Positions 9,294 to 18,959 of a stretch of 64,000 bases of DNA are shown here, in pieces. Origin of the DNA: Anaerolineales bacterium (lineage in GTDB: Bacteria > Chloroflexota > Anaerolineae > Anaerolineales > UBA4823); the NCBI GenBank assembly GCA_046259385.1, contig JBJYWI010000048.1, forward strand, positions 464 through 64,463. Direction: 5' to 3'. A program made the position numbers and the translations under genes. The notes below the pieces were generated by a model that had not been told where the DNA came from, ran no database searches, and saw only the letters and a program-made list of their open reading frames with translations. How positions within the stretch are numbered: the stretch's first letter is position 1; the number at the start of each line of letters is the position of its first letter.

Positions 9294-10700
9294 TTAGGGT
9301 AGTAATACCGCATCTATCACATGAATTACGCCGTTAGAAGCTTCGATGTCAGGAATGATCACTGCAGAATCGTTTACTTTCAGTATTTCACCGTCCAGGC
9401 TAATCAGAATGTTTTCGCCTGAAAGCATCTCAACTTCCTGTCCTGCGAGTTCGATCGCCTGTGTTGACATCACCTTGCCTTCAAGAACGTGGTATAGAAG
9501 GAGATTTGTGAGCGCTTCTTTATCTGCAATTAATTCATCCAATGCTCCTTCAGGCAGTGCTGCAAAGGCATCATCCGTCGGCGCAAATACGGTGAATGGT
9601 CCTTCCGACTGCAACGCTTCAACCAGTTCTGCCTCTTGTAGAGCGGTCACCAGGGTGGTGAAACGACCATCTTCAACTGCGATCTCGACGATTGTTTTGT
9701 TTTCTTCCATCGCTTCGTCAGCCGGAGGCAGCAGTACTGAGTCAATGACGTGAATAACGCCGTTAGAGGCTTCGATGTCAGGAATGATCACTTTCGATTC
9801 ATTGATCAAAACATTTTCACCATCCAGAGCAACCATAATCTTGTCTCCGGAAAGCGTCTCGACTTCCTGCCCATCGAGATCAATAACATCAGCCGCCATC
9901 ACCTTACCGTCAACGACGTGGTAGAGGAGGACATTTGTAAGAGCTTCTTTGTCCGCCAGAAGCCCTTCCACTGTCCCTTCTGGTAAAGCAGCAAAAGCGT
10001 CATCGGTAGGCGCAAATACAGTGAAAGGTCCTTCAGCCTGCAGTGCTTCAACTAGCTCGGCTTCCTGCAGCGCGGTCACCAAGGTAGTAAATCGGCCGTC
10101 TTCGACTGCGATATCAACGATTGATCTGCTTTCTTCCATCATCTCTTCGCCTTCAATTGGCGGCAGAATAACAGAATCAATCACGTGAATTACACCATTA
10201 GAGCCAACAATGTCAGTTGCGACAACTTTAGCATCGTTGATCATTACATTCTCGCCATCAACGGTAACCTTGAACATCTTACCTGACATAGTTTCGACGT
10301 CCTGACCGTTCAATCCGATTGCATCAGCTGCCAGAACTTCAGCCCCAACTACATGGTAAAGGAGAATATTCTTGAGGGCTTCTGGATCTTCTAGCAAACT
10401 TTCTACAGTTCCTTCAGGAAGGGCTGCAAAAGCTTCATCTGTAGGGGCAAAGACCGTAAAAGGACCGTCTCCCTGCAGGGTCTCAACCAGACCGGCAGCC
10501 TGGAGGGCAGTAACCAGGGTTGAAAAATTACCATCAGCAACTGCAATATCGACAATTGTTGGAGGAGTTTCTTCAACCGGCTCTTCTGTTACCTCTTCAA
10601 CAGGCGGCTCAGTTGGCTCTGGTGTTGGCGCTGCGCCAGCGCAGGCTGCCAGCACTAATGAGACTAAAACGATTATCGAGGGGATTGTATATTTCTTCAC
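9294..10700 (-). CDS. Lipoprotein with three tandem FAS1 (fasciclin) domains
   Basis: Start moved to GTG 10700 (AGGAG 5 nt upstream), giving [20 protein letters not shown] with lipobox LAAC. Each repeat carries [18 protein letters not shown] and [10 protein letters not shown]. Confidence 0.88.
   Translation of the reverse strand: MKKYTIPSIIVLVSLVLAACAGAAPTPEPTEPPVEEVTEEPVEETPPTIVDIAVADGNFSTLVTALQAAGLVETLQGDGPFTVFAPTDEAFAALPEGTVESLLEDPEALKNILLYHVVGAEVLAADAIGLNGQDVETMSGKMFKVTVDGENVMINDAKVVATDIVGSNGVIHVIDSVILPPIEGEEMMEESRSIVDIAVEDGRFTTLVTALQEAELVEALQAEGPFTVFAPTDDAFAALPEGTVEGLLADKEALTNVLLYHVVDGKVMAADVIDLDGQEVETLSGDKIMVALDGENVLINESKVIIPDIEASNGVIHVIDSVLLPPADEAMEENKTIVEIAVEDGRFTTLVTALQEAELVEALQSEGPFTVFAPTDDAFAALPEGALDELIADKEALTNLLLYHVLEGKVMSTQAIELAGQEVEMLSGENILISLDGEILKVNDSAVIIPDIEASNGVIHVIDAVLLP
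9297..10559 (-). repeat. Three in-frame FAS1 repeat units of about 133 codons (10559-10158, 10121-9723, 9692-9297)
   Basis: Units 2 and 3 are roughly three-quarters identical at protein level by eye (IV[DE][25 protein letters not shown][AS][20 protein letters not shown]). Unit 1 is more diverged. Confidence 0.85.
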
Positions 10701-10748
10701 TTGTACTCCTTTTTTTATTTTTTTATTTATCCGGTTTATTTCTCTCAA

Positions 10749-10770
10749 TTGCAAAGGTATTGTACACATT
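10749..10770 (-). promoter_or_regulatory. Two phased 11-bp CarH-type repeats overlapping a TTGCAA -35-like box upstream of the fasciclin gene
   Basis: The minus strand reads AATGTGTACAA TACCTTTGCAA. Both fit nAnnTnn(A/G)CAn. The second differs by 1 nt from the repeat TAACTTTGCAA at 12625. Only two repeats, not three. Confidence 0.3.
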
Positions 10771-10945
10771 TATTTATATTTGTCAAGATTTGGCAAAGGT
10801 TTTTTGGGATTAATCTTTTTTAATCTTTATCCATAAAAAATTTTCTTTAGAGATCTTCGATTGGTAACTAGAAAGAAATTTATGTTTATATTGGCAGTTT
10901 GTTTCCGGTTTTGGGTTTTGTTTTCGTCTTAATCTTAAGCAGATT

Positions 10946-10953
10946 TGTATAAT
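10946..10953 (+). promoter_or_regulatory. Extended -10 element (TGTATAAT) upstream of the (6-4) photolyase-like gene
   Basis: TGTATAAT lies about 105 nt upstream of ATG 11059. No good -35 box. Confidence 0.3.
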
Positions 10954-11058
10954 AGAAAAACTCATTTTCTGGTTTCATCGGATTTCGGCAAAGTAATCAT
11001 TTCTGCCCCTTTTTATTCCTGATTGACGGATCAATCATCTTGGTTTATATATTCTGGG

Positions 11059-12576
11059 ATGACGGTTACAGTTTGGATTCTTGGCGACCAGTTGTGCAAA
11101 AACCATCCGGCGCTCGATTATGCTGTAGAGCAGTACGGCAAAAGCAATATTGTTATTCTGATGCTGGAAAGTGAGAAACGCGCTGGGAGAATTTCTTATC
11201 ACGCAAAAAAACTGGTCTTGCTGTTCAGCGCAATGCGCCATATTGCCGAACATTTGCGAATGCAAGGATTTCGGGTGGATTACCGAATTTCCCCCAGAAC
11301 AGGAGAGGCGATAAATAGCCATCTCAAAGAGTTCCAGCCCGAAGCTGTGATCGCGATGTCAGCTAGCGAGTTTCGCGGTCGAATTTACCAGAAAAACCTG
11401 GAAGATAAATTTGGCATACCTGTAATTCAACTGCCAAATACGCAGTTCTTATCTGGGCGGTTTGACCCATATCCGGATCCCCAGCTAGGAAAGAGATATG
11501 TGCAGGAACAGTTTTACCGCAGAATGCGCCGGAACTTCCAACTGCTGGTCGATGCCGACGGAGAGCCATTTGGAGGAAAGTGGAACTTTGATAAAGACAA
11601 CCGGCGCCGGCTGCCATCGAATCAAAAACCGCCGCGACCGATTGCCTTTTCGCCGGATGGAATTACCATGCAAGTTATGGAAGAAGTTGGGAGGAAGTAT
11701 AGGGTGGTGGGAAATAGCGATGGATTTAATCTTGCCGTTACCCGCGAACAAGCCCGCCAGGCAGCATATGATTTTTTCGATTATCGTTTGCATGATTTTG
11801 GCGCGTACGAGGATGCCATGAGCTGTGAGAATGACATCATTTACCATTCCAAGCTTTCTCCTTATATAAATTTAGGTTTGCTGGACCCTCTCTGGCTAGC
11901 GAGAGAGGCCCAAACGAGGTATAGCGAAGGGATGGCTCCGATCAATTCCGTCGAAGGTTTCATCCGCCAGCTGGTGGGGTGGCGCGAATATATATACTGG
12001 CAGTACTGGCGATTGATGCCAGAAATCTCAGGCAGTAACTTCTGGGGATTTAACCGCGCGCTTCCGGAGTTTTTCTGGAATGGCGAAACTGAAATGAATT
12101 GTTTGAAGCATGTTATCGGAAGAGCTCTACACGACGGCTACACCCACCACATCGAACGCCTGATGGTGGTATGTAATTTTTGTTTGCTCGCGGGAATTGA
12201 CCCGGATACGGTCAACATCTGGTTCCAGAGCGTCTATATTGATGCATATGAGTGGGTTATGTTGCCAAATGTGTATGGAATGGGTCTGTATGCCGATGGG
12301 GGAATGGTGGGGACTAAACCCTATATTTCATCTGCGAATTACCTTAGCAAGATGAGTGATTATTGCCGGGCATGTGTATTTAACCATAAGCACCGTACCG
12401 GTGTAGGTGCCTGTCCTTTCAATTATCTGTACTGGAATTTCATTCTTGAGCATAACCAAATACTCAAGGCTAACCCAAGAATGAGTAGAAGCCTGTTGGG
12501 GTTGAGGCATCTGGATCAAGAAGATAAACGTTTGATTCAAGAAAGCGCGCACCAGTTTCTGAATTCACTTGTTTAG
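11059..12576 (+). CDS. Cryptochrome/photolyase family protein, FeS-BCP / bacterial (6-4) photolyase type (PhrB/CryB-like)
   Basis: Start at the first ATG (M13 of the track ORF, which begins at TTG). Four Cys in the pattern reported for the [4Fe-4S] cluster of PhrB: one in VVCNFCLLAG, then CRAC-x12-C (SDYCRACVFNHKHRTGVGACPF). Confidence 0.8.
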   Translation: MTVTVWILGDQLCKNHPALDYAVEQYGKSNIVILMLESEKRAGRISYHAKKLVLLFSAMRHIAEHLRMQGFRVDYRISPRTGEAINSHLKEFQPEAVIAMSASEFRGRIYQKNLEDKFGIPVIQLPNTQFLSGRFDPYPDPQLGKRYVQEQFYRRMRRNFQLLVDADGEPFGGKWNFDKDNRRRLPSNQKPPRPIAFSPDGITMQVMEEVGRKYRVVGNSDGFNLAVTREQARQAAYDFFDYRLHDFGAYEDAMSCENDIIYHSKLSPYINLGLLDPLWLAREAQTRYSEGMAPINSVEGFIRQLVGWREYIYWQYWRLMPEISGSNFWGFNRALPEFFWNGETEMNCLKHVIGRALHDGYTHHIERLMVVCNFCLLAGIDPDTVNIWFQSVYIDAYEWVMLPNVYGMGLYADGGMVGTKPYISSANYLSKMSDYCRACVFNHKHRTGVGACPFNYLYWNFILEHNQILKANPRMSRSLLGLRHLDQEDKRLIQESAHQFLNSLV

Positions 12577-12624
12577 CTGAAATAAGAACTAAAAGATTAT
12601 TACCCTTGAGTTAGCGAGCCCTTA

Positions 12625-12657
12625 TAACTTTGCAAAACATTGACAAAATATTTACAT
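12625..12657 (+). promoter_or_regulatory. Candidate CarH-type operator O1: three tandem 11-bp direct repeats
   Basis: TAACTTTGCAA / AACATTGACAA / AATATTTACAT at 12625, 12636 and 12647. All three fit nAnnTnn(A/G)CAn in exact 11-bp phase. The middle repeat contains the -35 TTGACA. Confidence 0.6.
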
Positions 12658-12668
12658 TATGATATAAG
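12640..12668 (+). promoter_or_regulatory. Sigma-70-type promoter (TTGACA-17 nt-TGaTATAAG)
   Basis: -35 TTGACA at 12640-12645, 17-nt spacer, TG extension at 12660-12661, -10 TATAAG at 12663-12668. Lies 26 nt upstream of ATG 12695. Confidence 0.55.
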
Positions 12669-12694
12669 ATAAAAAAATATAATGTTTGGATTAA

Positions 12695-13345
12695 ATGGGT
12701 AGATGTATGAAAAAGAATGCATTAATTTTCGGGGCGGCAGGCGCGATAGGGTCAGCAGTTCTTAAAACACTGGATAAAAATAAATGGAAGACCATTGCTG
12801 TCAGTCGTGAAACCAGTCTCATCCAAGATTACGCAGACTATGTATTTGATATATCATTCACAGATGTAAGTCAGATTGCACAAACAGCTTATCTAATCTC
12901 CCAGAAAGTTGAGGGGATTGACCTTTGGGTTTATGCAGCTGGGGATATTCTCTCCGCAAAAATATCCGATATGAGACCTGAAGAATGGGACAGAATTCTG
13001 ATGGCTAATCTCTCGGGAGCATTTTACACACTCCACTTCAGTCTGCCATTGTTAAGTGAAGGCGCTCACATCTTCCTAATTGGCGCGGTTAGTGAAAGAT
13101 TGCGCCTGCCTGGTCTATCCGCTTATGCAGTAGCAAAATCTGGGTTGGAAGCGTTTGCCGGAGTCTTGCGAAAAGAGCAGCGAAAAAAGCTCGTGACAGT
13201 TGTACGTCCCGGGGCTGTCAAGACCACATTTTGGGATAAAGTCCCGATGAAAATCCCACCTGATGCTGCATCACCTGAAAAAGTTGCTCTAAAAATAATT
13301 GCAGCATACCAGGCAGGTCATCAAGGAAACCTTGATCTTGTTTAA
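12695..13345 (+). CDS. Short-chain dehydrogenase/reductase (SDR)
   Basis: 216 aa, GAAGAIGSAV glycine-rich loop, YAVAK catalytic motif. The alternative ATG at 12707 (MKKNALIFG) is equally possible. Confidence 0.8.
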   Translation: MGRCMKKNALIFGAAGAIGSAVLKTLDKNKWKTIAVSRETSLIQDYADYVFDISFTDVSQIAQTAYLISQKVEGIDLWVYAAGDILSAKISDMRPEEWDRILMANLSGAFYTLHFSLPLLSEGAHIFLIGAVSERLRLPGLSAYAVAKSGLEAFAGVLRKEQRKKLVTVVRPGAVKTTFWDKVPMKIPPDAASPEKVALKIIAAYQAGHQGNLDLV

Positions 13346-13414
13346 CCTAAGAACTATTCTTCTTAATATCTTTAGCATCTATTGAAACTCAAATTTTATT
13401 TCTGGAAAACTAAA

Positions 13415-13918
13415 ATGCAAATCACTCAAACTTTTAAAAACATTGAATCCAAATTTGACATCATTGATATTACGATCACAAACTTGATGGCGAAGTACAG
13501 CCTTGTGGTATTGCGGATTAGTATGGGACTAGTTTTTATCTGGTTTGGAGCGCTAAAATTTTTCCCCGGATTAAGTCCTGCAGAAGAGCTAGTTCGAAAC
13601 ACTATATATTTTTTTGACCCCGAATTCGTTCTACCGGTACTTGCTGCATGGGAAGTGACAATCGGTTTAGGATTTTTAACCGGATTATTCACGAACAGGT
13701 TTCAACGCCTAACGATTTTGCTGTTATTTCTACAGATGTTTGGAGTGGCTTTACCCCTGGTGCTACTTCCCGAAGTTTGCTGGAAAAATTTTCCTTTTGT
13801 CTTGACTCTTGAGGGTCAATATATTGTAAAGAACCTTGTGATAATTGGATCCGCCCTGGTTTTAGGCGCAACTGTCCGGGGAGGATGGATTCACCCTGAG
13901 CCCAAAAAGCTTATATAG
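13415..13918 (+). CDS. DoxX-like integral membrane protein
   Basis: Start at ATG (M12 of the track ORF). Four TM helices. [20 protein letters not shown] resembles the DoxX/DUF417 type. Confidence 0.5.
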   Translation: MQITQTFKNIESKFDIIDITITNLMAKYSLVVLRISMGLVFIWFGALKFFPGLSPAEELVRNTIYFFDPEFVLPVLAAWEVTIGLGFLTGLFTNRFQRLTILLLFLQMFGVALPLVLLPEVCWKNFPFVLTLEGQYIVKNLVIIGSALVLGATVRGGWIHPEPKKLI

Positions 13919-13936
13919 CAGTATTGGAGTTGTTCT

Positions 13937-14509
13937 ATGGCATACATGATCTTGATAGTAGTAATTGGATTGATTGTAATTTTTTCGATTTGGTTATGGC
14001 AGAATTCTCCTGGAAGCAGCGTTTTTGTTGCTACAGAAAAAACTGATCAGTTTCCGGAGGTTTCAGGATATAACCTCGATCGGAAGGAATTTATCTTTCC
14101 CCGGGACTTTGAGGGCGAACACAACTTGATTATGGTTGCCTTCCAACAATACCATCAGAATATTGTGAATACCTGGATACCACATGTGCAGGAATTAGAG
14201 GCAGAAACCCCCGGATTCGTTTATTATGAATTGCCGACAATCAAAGAGATGTCGCTAATAACGCGAACCTTCATTAATGAAGGTATGCGAGCTGGTATCC
14301 CGGACCAGACAGCCAGAGAAAGAACTGTTACTCTCTACATCGATAAAGATAAATTTACTGCCGCTTTGAATATCCCGGATGAAGATGATATATATTTGTT
14401 TCTGGTTGAAGAGGATGGGAGTATCATCTGGCGCGAAAAAGGTGCCTATGATGCAGAAAAAGCCGGCGCTCTTCAAGAGATTTTGCAGGAAAAGCTGAAT
14501 TTAAAATGA
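13937..14509 (+). CDS. Membrane-anchored hypothetical protein (possible cysteine-less thioredoxin-like fold)
   Basis: 190 aa with N-terminal [20 protein letters not shown]. Stop overlaps the next start (ATGA at 14506-14509). Confidence 0.45.
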   Translation: MAYMILIVVIGLIVIFSIWLWQNSPGSSVFVATEKTDQFPEVSGYNLDRKEFIFPRDFEGEHNLIMVAFQQYHQNIVNTWIPHVQELEAETPGFVYYELPTIKEMSLITRTFINEGMRAGIPDQTARERTVTLYIDKDKFTAALNIPDEDDIYLFLVEEDGSIIWREKGAYDAEKAGALQEILQEKLNLK

Positions 14510-15207
14510 GCACTGAAAATAATGGAAGCTATATTCGTTTGAACAATCTCTGGAAGGAGTTCAATGAAGGAAACCAGAAGCGTGAAGTCCTTCGAGGGAC
14601 TGGATCAGACTTCAAAAAGGGAGAGTTAATCGCAATTCTTGGTAAAAGCGGAAGCGGTAAAAGCACCCTTTTAAACATTATCAGCGGGATCGATATGCCG
14701 GACGAAGGGGATATTACTATCAACGGGTTAACGCTGACCCGTCTCGATGAAAACCGGCGCACTCTATTCCGGCGTGAAAATATTGGATTTATATTCCAAT
14801 TTTTTAACCTTATACCAACTCTTACAGTTGAAGAGAATGTGAGTTTGCCTTTAGAGTTGTTGGGTTCAGATACAAGCCATGCGAAATCTCAAGCTGCCGA
14901 AATATTGGATCGTGTTGGTCTGGTAGATAGACTTAACACATTCCCTGAACGATTGTCTGGCGGTGAACAGCAGCGGGTTGCGATTGCGCGCGCCTTGGTA
15001 CATGATCCCTTGCTTTTGCTGGCTGATGAACCCACAGGCAACCTGGACGAAGAAATTGGCGCGCAAATACTCTCTTTGCTTGACCAGCTTACCCGACAGG
15101 CTGGTAAAAATTTGATTTTGGTCACCCACAATAAAGAAAGTGCTGCATTTGCAGACCGGAAATTCGAACTTATTGGCGGCTGTCTCTATGAGGTAGATTC
15201 AGCTTGA
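14506..15207 (+). CDS. ABC transporter ATP-binding protein (AttE/YbbA/LolD-type)
   Basis: Walker [32 protein letters not shown]. Confidence 0.9.
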   Translation: MSTENNGSYIRLNNLWKEFNEGNQKREVLRGTGSDFKKGELIAILGKSGSGKSTLLNIISGIDMPDEGDITINGLTLTRLDENRRTLFRRENIGFIFQFFNLIPTLTVEENVSLPLELLGSDTSHAKSQAAEILDRVGLVDRLNTFPERLSGGEQQRVAIARALVHDPLLLLADEPTGNLDEEIGAQILSLLDQLTRQAGKNLILVTHNKESAAFADRKFELIGGCLYEVDSA

Positions 15208-15229
15208 TACCAGATCCGGTGAACAAACA

Positions 15230-17800
15230 ATGAACAAGATTCCAGCGCTGCAGCCCTCATTGATAAAGATTGGTTGGCGGTACTTGATTCACCATTTCCA
15301 CCAGAGCATATTGATGTTGCTTGGAATTTCATTAGGAGTGGCGATGGTAATTGGTATTGATATTGCCAATCAGAGCGCAAGTCGTGCTTTCGAGTTGAGC
15401 ACCGAAGCCATCACCGGCAGAGCCACCCATCTTATCTCTGGTGGACCAAATGGAATAGCTGAAACTGTGTATTCAGATTTAAAAAAGGGGGGTATTGGAT
15501 TTCCTGCCGCGCCCGTTATCAGCGAATATGTTGTTGCATCCGAATTGGATGGGCAGACATTCCAACTGCTGGGAATTGACCCGTTTGCAGAAACTCCTTT
15601 TCGTGATTATCTGGCTGATCTAGATGGAGTCTCGCATGATTCGCTTATTCCTTTTTTGTCCAGACCCAGCAGCGTTCTGGTATCGCAGAATATAGCAAAT
15701 CGGTACGGACTTTTTCCAGATTCGGAATTTACTGTGGAGTATGCTGGTCGAGTTCACAAACTTGTCATTGCTGGGTTGTTAAGACCTTCTGACAGTCTGA
15801 GCCGACGCGCCCTTGATGGATTGATATTGGCGGATATATCAACCGCACAGGAATTAACCGGAAGGATCGGGCATATTGATAAAATTGACCTTATTCTGGG
15901 GGAAAACAATGCGGAAAATTTTTCCAAACTCGAATATATGCTGCCTTTGGGAGTTCGATTGCTACCTGTGGAATCCAGGAGTGGAACCGTTGAGCAAATA
16001 ACTGCTGCGTTTAAACTTAATCTAACAGCCTTAAGCTTACTTGCTCTTGTGGTGGCGTTGTTTCTGATTTATAACACAATGACATTTTCGGTCGTTCAAC
16101 GCCGGCCGTTATTTGGTACCCTTCGGAGCCTTGGAGTTACCCGGCGTGAGTTGTTCTTAATGGTTGTTTGCGAAGCCCTGGTAATAGGTTTATTGGGCGC
16201 TGGACTCGGTGTTGCCGCAGGTATTTTATTTGGCAGGGGCGCGGTCAATCTTGTGTCCCAAACAATTAATGATCTCTTTTTTGTTAGCACAGTCAGGTCG
16301 GTCCCGGTTGAAATTAGCAGCCTGCTAAAAGGGGCTGTTCTGGGAACACTGGCGACAGTTGCCACTGCTGCGTTTCCAGCCTGGGAAGCAGCCAGTGTAA
16401 CGCCGCGTGCTGCCCTATCCCGCGCTAATCTTGAATCAAAGGCGGAAAAAGTTGTGCGTATCCTGGGTGTGATTGGCGTCCTGGTAATACTAATTGGAGC
16501 GGGTGTGCTGTCCATCTCTCAAAATAGCCTTATTTTTAGCTTTTTGGGAACTTTTATAACAGTTATTGGCTTTGCTTTGATCACTCCCATTTTTACAGGC
16601 TGGATAATGTGGTTAGCTGTTCGATTCACAAGCAGGATGTGGGGTGTACTGGGACGTATGGCTCCCCGTGAAGTAGTAAATTCAATCAGCCGGACATCTG
16701 TAGCGGTTGCCGCCCTGATGATGGCAATTGCGGTTACGGTTGGTTTCAGCCTTATGGTGAGCAGTTTTCGTTTTACAGTTGAAACCTGGATGAGCCAGAT
16801 ACTGCATGGTGATATTTATATCTCTGTTCCTGGAGCGACAGCAAGCCAACCTCTTTATCAGATCGATCCCGAAGTACTTGCTGCTCTTAAGAATTTTTCT
16901 GGAATTGCACGGGTAGATCTTCTTCAGACAGCTGTTGTTAATTCTCCTGATGGACCTATTCAACTTTCCGCCAACAATAACCCGAATGATGGCCTGGAGC
17001 AGGTTTACTTTTCTACAGACTATCCAGCAGATGAGATCTGGAAGGCTGTAGAGAATGGGTCTGTGCTGGTTTCAGAGCCGCTAGCAAACCGGTTAGAATT
17101 GCCAAAGACCGATGGTACTTTATCTCTATACACCAATGATGGCTTGAGGAATTTTCCAATTGCCGGGATTTATTATGATTACGGTTCGAGTCAGGGGAAT
17201 GTGATTTTATCGCTGGAGAATTATAGAAATCTCTGGCAAGATGATCGTATCGCTGCCGCTGCTTTGATACTTGAGCCAGGTGCGGATGTGGAATCAATAA
17301 TTGAGAATTTAAAAATTCAACTAGCCCCAATTCAATCACTGCTTATCCGATCAAACCGAGATTTACGAGAAGAGACTTTGAAGATTTTCGACCGGACTTT
17401 CACAATTGTTAGCGCGTTACAACTGTTAACGGCATCGGTGGCTTTTATCGGGATTATGAGCGCGATGATGTCTCTTCAACTGGATAAACAGCGCCAGCTG
17501 GGCATTCTGAAAGCAATAGGATTAACCGGGGGTCAACTGTGGCGGTTGGTAACTTTAGAAGCGGGTCTAATGGGTACAGTAGCTGGGTTGCTTTCTATGC
17601 CTGCCGGTATCATGCTGGCAATCATACTGGTATATATAATAAACCGGCGTTCTTTTGGCTGGACTTTAAAGCTGCAACTTGAACCTGAACCTTTTGTACT
17701 GGCATTGCTAATTGGGATGGCAGCAGCGGTACTGGCTGGGCTGTACCCTGCATATCGAATTATGCATCGTAATACATCAGAAGCGATCCGATATGAGTAA
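15230..17800 (+). CDS. ABC transporter permease with duplicated FtsX domains (AttF/G-, YbbP-like)
   Basis: 856 aa. Two FtsX-type TM bundles, each preceded by a soluble domain. Confidence 0.82.
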   Translation: MNKIPALQPSLIKIGWRYLIHHFHQSILMLLGISLGVAMVIGIDIANQSASRAFELSTEAITGRATHLISGGPNGIAETVYSDLKKGGIGFPAAPVISEYVVASELDGQTFQLLGIDPFAETPFRDYLADLDGVSHDSLIPFLSRPSSVLVSQNIANRYGLFPDSEFTVEYAGRVHKLVIAGLLRPSDSLSRRALDGLILADISTAQELTGRIGHIDKIDLILGENNAENFSKLEYMLPLGVRLLPVESRSGTVEQITAAFKLNLTALSLLALVVALFLIYNTMTFSVVQRRPLFGTLRSLGVTRRELFLMVVCEALVIGLLGAGLGVAAGILFGRGAVNLVSQTINDLFFVSTVRSVPVEISSLLKGAVLGTLATVATAAFPAWEAASVTPRAALSRANLESKAEKVVRILGVIGVLVILIGAGVLSISQNSLIFSFLGTFITVIGFALITPIFTGWIMWLAVRFTSRMWGVLGRMAPREVVNSISRTSVAVAALMMAIAVTVGFSLMVSSFRFTVETWMSQILHGDIYISVPGATASQPLYQIDPEVLAALKNFSGIARVDLLQTAVVNSPDGPIQLSANNNPNDGLEQVYFSTDYPADEIWKAVENGSVLVSEPLANRLELPKTDGTLSLYTNDGLRNFPIAGIYYDYGSSQGNVILSLENYRNLWQDDRIAAAALILEPGADVESIIENLKIQLAPIQSLLIRSNRDLREETLKIFDRTFTIVSALQLLTASVAFIGIMSAMMSLQLDKQRQLGILKAIGLTGGQLWRLVTLEAGLMGTVAGLLSMPAGIMLAIILVYIINRRSFGWTLKLQLEPEPFVLALLIGMAAAVLAGLYPAYRIMHRNTSEAIRYE

Positions 17801-18959
17801 AAATGGGAATTCGGCTGGGATTGTTTTTATAATATTAATCACGCTCGCTGTTGTTTTGGGCGTGGCGGGCTTACGCCCGCTCGGGGCAAGCCAGGGCATT
17901 CCTGTAATTTTAACAAATTTTGATCCTCCAACTGGCTTCACCCGTGCTGAGGGCTATCGTGAATGGAATTTTCCCGAAGATTATGGACCCCACCTGGATT
18001 TCCAGACTGAATGGTGGTATTACACAGGCAATCTTCAAAGTAAAACTGGAGAACAGTTCGGATACCAGTTGACTTTTTTCAGGAGGGCGCTGCTTCCTAT
18101 TGAAGACCTCCCAGAACGCCAATCCGCATGGGCTGCAAACCAGATTTTTATGGCTCATTTTGCGATAACTGATGTTGAAGCCGGCGCGCATCACGATTTT
18201 GAAAGGTTTGCTCGCGGTGCAGCAGGATTGGCTGGTTCAGAAAACAAATTATTTCGAATATGGTTGGAAAACTGGCGGGTAGAACAGGTGGACGACCAGA
18301 GATTTACACTTCTAGCTTCCCAGGATGATATCAAACTGGATTTGTTTTTCGACAATCTCAAAGGTGTGATTTTTCATGGAGAGCAGGGTTACAGCCAAAA
18401 AGGGCCCGAACCAGGAAATGCCTCTTACTATTACAGCCAGACACGACTGGATACTTCTGGAACAATACAAATCGCCGAAGATGTATACCGTGTAAGCGGG
18501 TTGAGCTGGATGGATCATGAGTTCAGCACCAGCGCGCTCTCTGCCGGTCAGGTCGGTTGGGATTGGTTTTCAATACAGTTAGACGAAGGAAGTGAATTGA
18601 TGGTTTTTCAAATCCGCCGCGCAGATGGAAGTATCGATCTTTATTCAAGCGGCACCTGGATTGCTAAAGATGGGAAGACTCGACAACTCTCGAATGAACA
18701 GTTTGAAATAAAGGTAATAGATACCTGGCGCAGCCCAAATTCCGGGGCAGAATATCCTTCGGAATGGCTGCTGGTAGTGCCTGATCTTGAATTGCAGCTC
18801 GAGATAAAACCCTTGGTTGCAGACCAGGAAATGGATGTTTCATATGCCTACTGGGAAGGAGCGGTAAAAATTGAAGGTAACCAAAGTGATGCGCGAGTTT
18901 CAGGAATTGGTTATGTTGAGTTGACAGGATATGCGGAATCAATTGAAGGACAATTCTAG
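17793..18959 (+). CDS. Lipocalin-like CrtC/AttH family protein (carotenoid 1,2-hydratase superfamily)
   Basis: Start at M28 of the track ORF (ATG overlaps the permease stop; MSKNGNSAGIVFIILITLAVVLG signal/anchor). Motifs EWWYYTGNL, YYYSQTRL, SWMDHEF, GWDWFSIQL. Confidence 0.75.
   Translation: MSKNGNSAGIVFIILITLAVVLGVAGLRPLGASQGIPVILTNFDPPTGFTRAEGYREWNFPEDYGPHLDFQTEWWYYTGNLQSKTGEQFGYQLTFFRRALLPIEDLPERQSAWAANQIFMAHFAITDVEAGAHHDFERFARGAAGLAGSENKLFRIWLENWRVEQVDDQRFTLLASQDDIKLDLFFDNLKGVIFHGEQGYSQKGPEPGNASYYYSQTRLDTSGTIQIAEDVYRVSGLSWMDHEFSTSALSAGQVGWDWFSIQLDEGSELMVFQIRRADGSIDLYSSGTWIAKDGKTRQLSNEQFEIKVIDTWRSPNSGAEYPSEWLLVVPDLELQLEIKPLVADQEMDVSYAYWEGAVKIEGNQSDARVSGIGYVELTGYAESIEGQF

Noticed and set aside
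10781-10801. Additional GCAAAGGT / TGTCAAGAT motifs near the fasciclin promoter that resemble the CarH-type repeats.
   Set aside because: They are out of 11-bp phase with the two phased repeats at 10749-10770 and fail the A2/T5 positions. Treated as AT-rich background.
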